From: Oscillospiraceae bacterium
GTDB taxonomy: Bacteria > Bacillota > Clostridia > Oscillospirales > Ruminococcaceae
NCBI GenBank assembly: GCA_031551695.1
Contig: JAVBNG010000056.1
Location: forward strand, 1-34,708
Length of the DNA: 34,708 bases
Direction: 5' to 3'
Positions within the stretch are counted from its first letter, which is position 1. Every line of letters starts with the position of its first letter. The notes under the pieces were generated by a model. The model saw nothing but the letters and a program-made list of their open reading frames with translations. It ran no database searches and had not been told where the DNA came from. Made by a program: the position numbers and the translations under genes. Shown in pieces: positions 28,786-34,708 of the stretch.

Positions 28786-29837
28786 GCGGGAAAACCAGCC
28801 AGTTCACGAATCACTTGCGAAAGGCACCGGTACGCCAGCAACAGCGACGCTTCGGAAATATATTCGCCCTTGCCGTGGATGCCGCCCACGCGGTTGCCCG
28901 GGTGCAGCGGAAAAAAGCCCAGCACCGGCAGGCCCGCCGCGCGGAAGTGCCGGTTGTCGCTTTGGCCGGGGGCAATGTAGGGCATGGCGCCCCACGCGTG
29001 CTCCATTGCCCGCAGCACACCCGATATGGCAGGCAATGCGCGCCGGTACAGTGCCGAAGATGGCATCCGCGCATATTCCGGCGCTTCCAGCAGTGCCGCA
29101 AGGCCGCTGTAAAAATGCCGCTGCGGAATGTGCCGCCCGCCAAAAAGCCCCGGCAGCGCCCGGATGTAACCCAGCGTGGTTTCGTCGTAAAGGCCGAGGA
29201 CGGCGGCGCGGCGGTACAGTGCCTGCTGTTTTTCCAACGAGGGCGGCGCGCCCGGCCCATCGGCCTTTTGCAGGCCCATTTCTCCGGTTTGCACAGTGAA
29301 CAGCCACTTATCCCCCATCGGCACCGGAATGCCGCCGCCTTCCCCCAGCACAAGGGCCACGCGGCGGAACACGTCCGTTTGCTCCAACAGCCACTTTGTG
29401 CCAAGCTCGCCGCCGGTTTCTTCATCGGCGGTTGCGGCAAACAGCACGGTTTTTTGCGGCGTGCGGCCGCTTTGCGCCATGGCGCACAGCACATGGGCCC
29501 AAACGGCGGCGTTGCCCTTGCAGTCCAGCGTGCCGCGGCCGTACAGCCTGCCGTTTTTGCGCACAAGCCGCGTGGAAGAAACGCCTACGGGCGTTTCATA
29601 GGCGGCGGTGTCCAGGTGGGTGTGCACCAAAATGCTTTCCTCGCTTCGCCCGGGTATTCGCGCCACCAGGCTCCCCCGGCCGGGAAGGGGCTCGTGCAGC
29701 GTGTTTTCCACGCCGCACCGCCGGAAAAAGGCATCCAAAATTTCGGCCGCCCGCGTTTCGTTATGCGCCGGGGGCGTTGTATCGGTATTGACAAGCCCGG
29801 AGAGAAGTGCAATCATAGAAGCAAGCATATCCCCCAT
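28782..29837 (-). CDS. M20-family metallopeptidase (ArgE/DapE/PepV/aminoacylase-like)
   Basis: Motifs HTHLDTA and GRGTLDCKG (compare HxDVV and GRGAxDxKG of M20), and the ATADEETGGELG metal-ligand region. The true start is downstream of promoter B (ATG at 29837, 29828 or 29816). The ORF-track TTG at 29891 lies inside the -35 hexamer. Confidence 0.75.
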   Translation of the reverse strand: MGDMLASMIALLSGLVNTDTTPPAHNETRAAEILDAFFRRCGVENTLHEPLPGRGSLVARIPGRSEESILVHTHLDTAAYETPVGVSSTRLVRKNGRLYGRGTLDCKGNAAVWAHVLCAMAQSGRTPQKTVLFAATADEETGGELGTKWLLEQTDVFRRVALVLGEGGGIPVPMGDKWLFTVQTGEMGLQKADGPGAPPSLEKQQALYRRAAVLGLYDETTLGYIRALPGLFGGRHIPQRHFYSGLAALLEAPEYARMPSSALYRRALPAISGVLRAMEHAWGAMPYIAPGQSDNRHFRAAGLPVLGFFPLHPGNRVGGIHGKGEYISEASLLLAYRCLSQVIRELAGFPA

Positions 29838-29891
29838 CCCCCCATATGGTAACTGTGTTCGCAGTATATGCCCGGCGGGGGTTTCTGTCAA
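29827..29891 (-). promoter_or_regulatory. Promoter-operator module B: TTGACA (29891-29886), 17 nt, TATACT (29868-29863), then the G/C-tract element ATAT-C5-AT-C6-ATATGG (29827-29849) upstream of the M20 gene. It also lies in the intergenic region before the divergent CsoR-like gene.
   Basis: About 65 bp shares blocks with module A (tgtcaagcggg, tatatgccc, tgtgttc, C/G tracts), read directly. Confidence 0.6.
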
Positions 29892-29934
29892 GCGGGCGGC
29901 GGCTTCGCGCCCCTTTCACGGAGGTGACACACAC

Positions 29935-30246
29935 ATGGACGACCACGGCCACGGCCATTCCCACACCCATTCGCCGGAGGATTACCAGCGGATGATCAAC
30001 CGCATGTCCCGCATCGTGGGCCACGCAAACGCCATCAAAAGCATGATGGAGGAACAGCGCGACTGCACGGAAATTCTGGTGCAAATTTCCGCCGTGCAGG
30101 CGGCGCTGAACAACCTTGGCAAGCTGATGCTGAAGGACCACATCGACCAGTGCATCGTGCACGCCATCGACGGCTCCACCGGCGAAGAGGAAAAAAAACG
30201 GGTGCTGAACAGCCTGAATGAGGCGATCGAAAAATTTATCCGTTAG
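29935..30246 (+). CDS. CsoR/RcnR-family (DUF156) metal-sensing transcriptional repressor with a His-rich N-terminal extension
   Basis: Family signature QRMINRMSRIVGHANAIKSMMEEQRDCTEILVQISAVQAALNNLGKLMLKDHIDQC. Ligand positions Cys (RDC) and His..Cys (HIDQC). N-terminus MDDHGHGHSHTHS. GGAGGTG RBS. Confidence 0.75.
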   Translation: MDDHGHGHSHTHSPEDYQRMINRMSRIVGHANAIKSMMEEQRDCTEILVQISAVQAALNNLGKLMLKDHIDQCIVHAIDGSTGEEEKKRVLNSLNEAIEKFIR

Positions 30247-30337
30247 GGCCTCAAGAAGCTTTCATCATGGAAAATCAAAAACCCAAGCCCGCATTTTTTC
30301 GGGCCTGCGGCGGCCTTTTCCGCCCTGGAAAAATTGG

Positions 30338-30393
30338 TTGACAATTCCCGCGGGGTAGCTTACCATTAACGAATATATTTTTAAAAAATATAT
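30338..30393 (+). promoter_or_regulatory. Promoter of the triple-RidA gene (TTGACA 30338-30343, 17 nt, TACCAT 30361-30366) with a 21-bp perfect AT palindrome ATATATTTTTAAAAAATATAT (30373-30393) at the transcription start
   Basis: Hexamers and palindrome read directly. Direct repeat atatccga x2 at 30389-30414. AAAGGGGAG RBS. Confidence 0.5.
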
Positions 30394-30430
30394 CCGATTA
30401 TCAGCATATCCGACAAAGGGGAGTTACATC

Positions 30431-31699
30431 ATGAGCGGCTATAATGCGGTATTGGCACGAAATACGAACGACGCACCGAACAATGCGTTGTATTCACAAA
30501 CGGTGGCTTTTTCCCACTACAACAACCTTTCGGCCCAGCTGCCCGCAGACCCCGCAACCGGCAAACTGGTGGCGGGCGGCGTGAAAGAGCAGACACAGCA
30601 GTGCTTCAAAAACATCGAGGCCGTGGTAAACAGCATCGGCCACGTGATGAGCGACGTCGTGCGCATCAGCGTGTTCGTGCGTGACATCAAGGACGTGGAC
30701 GCGGTGGACGAGGTGTACAAAACCTTCTTCCCCACCTATGTGCCCACGCGCACAACGGCCGCCGTGGCGGCCCTGCCCATGGACGCACTGGTGCAGGTGG
30801 AAGCGCTGGTCTCCAACGGCGAGGGCACCATTCCAAACGCGCCGCAGGCGGGCGATTTGATCAAGCTGGCAAACAACACGGCAAACGCGCCGGTAAGCGC
30901 CCTGTCCTCGCAGACGGTGGCGTTCTCCCATTACAACAACCTTTCGGCCCAGCTGCCCATCGACCCGAAAACCGGACGCCTGGTGCCGGGCGGCGCGGCG
31001 GCGCAGGCTGCCCAGTGCCTTGCGAACATCAAGGCCATTTTGGAAAGCATAGACGTTCCGTTGGATGATATTGTGAAAATGAACGTCTTTTTGACGAACC
31101 CGGCAAACAACAAGGCCGTGAACGAGGTGTACACCACCTTCTTCCCGGACTCCGGCATCGCCCGCGCCGCGGCCTACATGCCCGCGCGCACCACCATCGT
31201 CGCCGACGCTTTGCCCATGGGCGCTTTGGTGCAGATGGAAGCCGTGGTGTCCCACGGGGACGGCACGCCCCCGCAGGCGGTGGAGGACCGGCATGGCCTG
31301 ATTATTGAGGCAAACAACACGGACAGCGCGCCGAAAAGCCCGCTCTCCACGCAAACGGTGGCCTTCTCGCACTACAACCATCTTTCCGCCCAACTGCCGC
31401 GAGACCCGAAAACCGGCAAAACCGTGGCCGGCGGCGCAAAGGAGCAGGCGGCCCAGTGCCTTGCCAACATCAAGGCCATTGTGGAGAGCATCGGCCACGC
31501 CATGGCCGACGTGGTGAAAGTGAATATCTTCGTCAAAAACATCGCCGACATCGGCGCGGTGGACGAGGCCTACAAAACCTACTTCCCCGGTGGCGTGCCC
31601 GCGCGGAAGGTTTTGGGCGTGTCCGCCCTGCCGGACGACGCACTTGTTCAAATAGACGCCGTTGTGGCGAACGAGGAAGGGACGCCGCCCGTCGCATAA
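30431..31699 (+). CDS. Single polypeptide with three tandem RidA/YjgF/TdcF (endoribonuclease L-PSP, reactive-enamine/imine deaminase) domains
   Basis: Each domain of about 140 aa carries the RidA pattern (SQTVAFSHYNxLSAQLPxDPxTG ... AQCLANIKAI ... VVKxNxFxxN ... VDEVYxTFFP ... PAR ... ALP ... LVQxEAVV). The three copies are visible as about 420-bp DNA repeats. Confidence 0.8.
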   Translation: MSGYNAVLARNTNDAPNNALYSQTVAFSHYNNLSAQLPADPATGKLVAGGVKEQTQQCFKNIEAVVNSIGHVMSDVVRISVFVRDIKDVDAVDEVYKTFFPTYVPTRTTAAVAALPMDALVQVEALVSNGEGTIPNAPQAGDLIKLANNTANAPVSALSSQTVAFSHYNNLSAQLPIDPKTGRLVPGGAAAQAAQCLANIKAILESIDVPLDDIVKMNVFLTNPANNKAVNEVYTTFFPDSGIARAAAYMPARTTIVADALPMGALVQMEAVVSHGDGTPPQAVEDRHGLIIEANNTDSAPKSPLSTQTVAFSHYNHLSAQLPRDPKTGKTVAGGAKEQAAQCLANIKAIVESIGHAMADVVKVNIFVKNIADIGAVDEAYKTYFPGGVPARKVLGVSALPDDALVQIDAVVANEEGTPPVA

Positions 31700-31728
31700 A
31701 GCCGTCTGTTCCCATAGAAAACCCATCA

Positions 31729-31776
31729 CCAGACCCCCTCCCGCCGCGTCCTCACCTTGGGCAGGCGGGCGTTTTC
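31729..31776 (+). terminator. Terminator-like hairpin after the RidA gene (cccgcc ... ggcggg stem + TTTTCTTG)
   Basis: Inverted repeat followed by a T-run, read directly. Confidence 0.4.
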
Positions 31777-31824
31777 TTGCGCGCAGCCGCATCCGGCATT
31801 TTCGGTCGAACTGCAGCTGCTAAA

Positions 31825-31833
31825 ATGGTATAA
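31825..31833 (+). promoter_or_regulatory. Extended -10 promoter TGgTATAAT for the glycerate kinase gene, followed by an approximately 110-nt structured leader
   Basis: Read directly. No clear -35. Confidence 0.35.
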
Positions 31834-31944
31834 TAACGGATATTACATCTGTTGTCGCCCGTTTTGCCCGGCCATGCGATTGCAGGCACTCAAGCGGCTC
31901 TTGCTTCGGCGGCAACGGGCACATCCTATCTCCGGAGGCCATCC

Positions 31945-33081
31945 ATGAAACAATGCGTCATCATACCGGACTCTTTCAAAGGCACACTTTCCTCCACCAA
32001 GGTGTGCGAAGTGATAAAAACTGCTGTCTTGCGCCACTTCCCCGGCTGCCGCGTGCTTGCCGTTCCCGTGGCGGACGGCGGCGAGGGCACGGTGGATTGC
32101 TTTTTGGCCGCGCTGCCGGGCGGCGAGCGGGTGCCTTGCACCGTGCCGGGCCCCACCGGCAGTGATATCCCCGCCTTTTACGGCCGCTTCGGCGGCACCG
32201 CCGTCATCGAAATGGCGGCGGCGGCGGGCCTGCCGCTGGTAAGCGGGCAAAAGGACCCTTCCAAAACCACCACCCGTGGCGTAGGGCGGCTCATCCGCCT
32301 GGCTGTGGAGGGCGGCGCGGAGAAAATTCTGCTGGGCCTTGGCGGCAGCTGCACAAACGATGCCGGCTGCGGCTGCGCGGCGGAGCTGGGCGTGCGCTTT
32401 TACGATGAAGGCGGCAACGTCTTTGTTCCCACCGGCGGCACCCTGAAAGATGTGCGCCGCTTCGACACCTCTGTGGCCGAAAAGCTGCTGGCAGGGGTGG
32501 AGGTCACCGCTATGTGCGACGTGACAAACCCGCTGTTTGGCGAAAGCGGCGCGGCGTATATCTTCGCCCCGCAAAAGGGCGCGGACGATGAAATGGTGCG
32601 CCGGCTGGACGCGGGCCTGCGTTCCCTCGGCGCCCTGATGGACGCCCGGCCCGGCCTGTCGGGGCTTTCCGCCATGGCGGGCGCGGGCGCGGCAGGCGGC
32701 CTTGGGGCCGGCGTATGCGCCTTTTTGGGCGGGCGGCTGCAGCCGGGCATCGACGCCGTGCTGGGCGTGGTGGACTTTGCAAGCACCCTGCGCGGATGCG
32801 ACTACGTATTCACCGGGGAGGGCCGCTTCGACAGCCAGAGCATGCACGGCAAAGTGGTGGACGGCGTGGCGAAGCGCGCAAAGGCCGCCGGCGTGCCGGT
32901 GGTCGTCATTGCGGGCGACACCTCGGGCGCGCCGCCGGAAGCGTACGCGGCGGGCGTTGCCGCGGTGTTCAGCACAAACCCGGCCCCTCGGCCCTTTGAG
33001 GAGGCCAAGCTGTACGCCCGCGAAAGCCTTGCCGCCACGGCGGACAACATTTGCCGCCTAATTAAAACCGCCGAAAAGTAA
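31945..33081 (+). CDS. glxK: Glycerate kinase (GlxK/GarK family, PF02595)
   Basis: N-terminus MKQCVIIPDSFKGTLSS ... VPVADGGEGT and C-terminal ... GKVVDGVAKRAKAAGVPVVVIAGD are typical of the glycerate kinase family. The ATG at 31945 is preceded by GGAGG. The ORF-track start at 31852 is an upstream extension. Confidence 0.8.
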   Translation: MKQCVIIPDSFKGTLSSTKVCEVIKTAVLRHFPGCRVLAVPVADGGEGTVDCFLAALPGGERVPCTVPGPTGSDIPAFYGRFGGTAVIEMAAAAGLPLVSGQKDPSKTTTRGVGRLIRLAVEGGAEKILLGLGGSCTNDAGCGCAAELGVRFYDEGGNVFVPTGGTLKDVRRFDTSVAEKLLAGVEVTAMCDVTNPLFGESGAAYIFAPQKGADDEMVRRLDAGLRSLGALMDARPGLSGLSAMAGAGAAGGLGAGVCAFLGGRLQPGIDAVLGVVDFASTLRGCDYVFTGEGRFDSQSMHGKVVDGVAKRAKAAGVPVVVIAGDTSGAPPEAYAAGVAAVFSTNPAPRPFEEAKLYARESLAATADNICRLIKTAEK

Positions 33082-33140
33082 AAAACCAAGGCTAGCGCTA
33101 TCAGGCTGCGCCTCGCGCGGTGCATAGCACGCCACACACG

Positions 33141-33176
33141 AAAAACCGCCCGGACGGTGCGTCCGGGCGGTTTTTG
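33141..33176. terminator. Bidirectional Rho-independent terminator (ccgcccggac / gtccgggcgg stem, A5 before, T5 after) between glxK and the convergent isomerase-like gene
   Basis: Perfect 10-bp stem read directly. Confidence 0.6.
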
Positions 33177-33178
33177 CG

Positions 33179-34393
33179 TTATTCGATTGCGCCACCCGGC
33201 CGCCCCGCAAAGTTCCGCAGCAGTACCAGCGGCTCTGTGGAGGATTCGTTCACGATCTCCACGCCTTCCTGCGCCGCCTTCGCCGTGATGAAATATTCGT
33301 CGTGGGTAAGCTGGCCATAGCGCAGCAGCGTGGGGCTTTCCAGCTTCTGGCCGCCAATGGCGCCATACCCCTGGATGCAGATGAGCCCCGCCGCCGCGCC
33401 GTCCCGCAGCACGGTGCGGCGCCCCGGCCATACCGTAAGCCGCCGGGCGGAGCAGCCCGCGTTGCGGTAGCAGATCCACTCGTCCACCGCGCCCGTTTCT
33501 TCCATTTCCACCACCGGGCGCACGGGCCGCGGGCGCATCATCCGGTTTTTGTGGAAATCCGGGTCCACGTTGGCGTCCCAGTCCAAAAGGCTCATCAAAT
33601 AGTCGAGGTTCCCCACCTCTTCCGGCGGGCAGTTCATCCACAGGCTGGCCGGGTCGGTGGTGCGGTCCCGGTGCAAAACCGACTGGAATACAGCGCCAAT
33701 GTCCGAGGCAAACTGCGGCTCGTAGGTGCACAGGCTGCCCGGTGCGTGCAGCACGCCGCATGGCACGTCCCAGCCGGTGTCCAGCTCCAGGCGGAAAGCG
33801 CGGGACAGGGCCAAAATACCGTTGTCCCCTTTTTCAAACGCCGCAAGGCACGCGCGCACCTGCTCCTTTGCCGTTTCCGGCAGCAGGCCGAAGTAGGTCA
33901 TGGGCTCCGCGCCCACATAGTTGTTCATCTGCGCCGGAAAAAAATACATTTCCGGCTTCGAGTTTTGGTTCACACGGCGGGCCGCGGCCTCGCCGTGGTG
34001 CAAATGCAGGGCCAAACTGTCGTAATTGTCAAAAAACTTGGCAAATACGGGCCAGCCATGGTGCGCCTGCCAAATGTCTTCGCCCACGGCGTCGCCTTTC
34101 AAATGCTGCACCGCTTCGCGCAGGGGCACCCGCGCCTTACCGCCCTCGTCCGCCACCACGTCGCTTTGCCCTTCGCTTTCGGGGGCATCCGGCCCGTTCG
34201 CGGCGCTTACCGTGCTGGCAATCCACCGCTCGTCAATGCCGCCGCGGCCAAGACCGCAGGCGTAGGTATCGTCCGGGTGCAGGCGCAGGCGGCGGCCCGG
34301 CCTGCAAAAGGAGCGCGGCACCCAGGCGGGCGCCAGCCGCAATACGCCCCTGCCCTCTTCAAACGCCATTTGCGCAATCGTTTGCCCGTTCAT
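33179..34393 (-). CDS. Cupin-fold sugar-phosphate isomerase-like protein, possibly class I mannose-6-phosphate isomerase family. Function uncertain.
   Basis: Segment LALHLHHGE ... NSKPEMYFF resembles the metal-binding QVHP ... HKPE region of type I PMI. The ATG overlaps the stop of the upstream gene (ATGA). Confidence 0.4.
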   Translation of the reverse strand: MNGQTIAQMAFEEGRGVLRLAPAWVPRSFCRPGRRLRLHPDDTYACGLGRGGIDERWIASTVSAANGPDAPESEGQSDVVADEGGKARVPLREAVQHLKGDAVGEDIWQAHHGWPVFAKFFDNYDSLALHLHHGEAAARRVNQNSKPEMYFFPAQMNNYVGAEPMTYFGLLPETAKEQVRACLAAFEKGDNGILALSRAFRLELDTGWDVPCGVLHAPGSLCTYEPQFASDIGAVFQSVLHRDRTTDPASLWMNCPPEEVGNLDYLMSLLDWDANVDPDFHKNRMMRPRPVRPVVEMEETGAVDEWICYRNAGCSARRLTVWPGRRTVLRDGAAAGLICIQGYGAIGGQKLESPTLLRYGQLTHDEYFITAKAAQEGVEIVNESSTEPLVLLRNFAGRPGGAIE

Positions 34394-34708
34394 CGCCTGT
34401 CCTCCCGTGTTCTCCCGGCGGAAAGCGCCAGCGTCACCACTTCAAACGGCCCCGCCGCCACCGCAATGCCGTTGCCGCGTATTTCGGCCTCCGCCAGCTG
34501 TTCCTCCAGCATGTTGCAGCGGTAGGCCCGCTCACAGGGAAAGCCCAGGCGCAGCATGCCTGCCGCCGGCTCCCCCGTGGTGTTGTACAGGCGCAAAATA
34601 AACGTGTTCTCCAAATCCTCCGCCCGCTTGAAGGCGGAAAGCACCAGCGCGGGCACATCCAGCGCAAACAGGCTGCTTTCCGGCGCGCTTTGGGCCGTGC
34701 CGCCGCCC
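34390..34708 (-). CDS. 3' part of a gene that continues beyond the window end. Translationally coupled to the isomerase-like gene. Function unknown.
   Basis: Open frame runs to the window edge. The stop at 34390-34392 overlaps the downstream ATG. Confidence 0.35.
   Translation of the reverse strand, partial: GGGTAQSAPESSLFALDVPALVLSAFKRAEDLENTFILRLYNTTGEPAAGMLRLGFPCERAYRCNMLEEQLAEAEIRGNGIAVAAGPFEVVTLALSAGRTREDRR

Noticed and set aside
27600-29852. 750-aa ORF on the + strand spanning the ATPase and M20 genes
   Set aside because: Antisense to two motif-rich genes and crossing their intergenic promoter. Translation is Arg/Gly/His-rich nonsense.
29838-29891. N-terminal 18 codons of the six-frame M20 ORF (TTG start at 29891)
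   Set aside because: The TTG is the first three bases of the -35 TTGACA of promoter B, and the TATACT -10 lies inside these codons. Transcription cannot start upstream of its own promoter, so the start was moved to a downstream ATG.
26772-30246. Calling the metal island a copper (CopA/CsoR) system
   Set aside because: CPC plus Cys-His-Cys superficially suggests Cu(I). But the ATPase lacks HMA domains and a clear MxxSS motif. The regulator has an InrS/RcnR-like His tail. The regulon contains a Zn/Co-type M20 enzyme and an HGH-rich peptide. The metal is left unassigned.
30494-31792. 432-aa ORF on the minus strand
   Set aside because: Antisense to the triple-RidA gene, which has clear family motifs and a promoter/RBS.

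Overview
This is a GC-rich (about 60%) chromosomal segment with Firmicutes/Clostridia-like gene content. The signals pointing that way are YesM/YesN-type and LytS-like regulators, BMP lipoproteins and a flotillin-NfeD pair. The window is densely coding and unusually rich in signal transduction. From the 5' end it holds the following. (1) Two convergent operons: a sensor-less membrane hybrid histidine kinase translationally coupled to a sensor-GGDEF diguanylate cyclase, facing a FIST-domain protein plus a soluble PAS hybrid kinase. (2) A flotillin-NfeD membrane-raft operon and a DUF1836 HTH protein. (3) A MarR repressor divergent from a fused multidrug-type ABC exporter, with TTAGGnnCCTAA operator boxes around its promoter. 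(4) An orphan 1000-aa hybrid kinase with two receiver domains. (5) A 5-gene CUT2-like ABC uptake operon that encodes two unrelated substrate-binding lipoproteins (type-I PBP and BMP family). It sits divergent from a YesM/YesN-like two-component system that is followed by a third, BMP-family lipoprotein. (6) A metal-homeostasis island. It contains a CsoR/RcnR-family repressor with a His-rich N-terminus. It also contains two near-identical sigma70 promoter modules, each with a G/C-tract palindromic operator. One drives an M20 metallopeptidase. The other drives a P1B-type ATPase that lacks an N-terminal metal-binding domain, an unknown 194-aa protein, and a 50-aa His-rich acidic peptide that the ORF track does not list. 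(7) A single-chain triple RidA (YjgF/TdcF) fusion with a 21-bp perfect AT palindrome at its promoter. (8) Glycerate kinase and a cupin/PMI-like isomerase. I saw no rRNA, tRNA, CRISPR, transposase or integrase signatures. The long ORFs antisense to real genes are GC-content artefacts. All functional calls come from motif recognition by eye. No database search was run.
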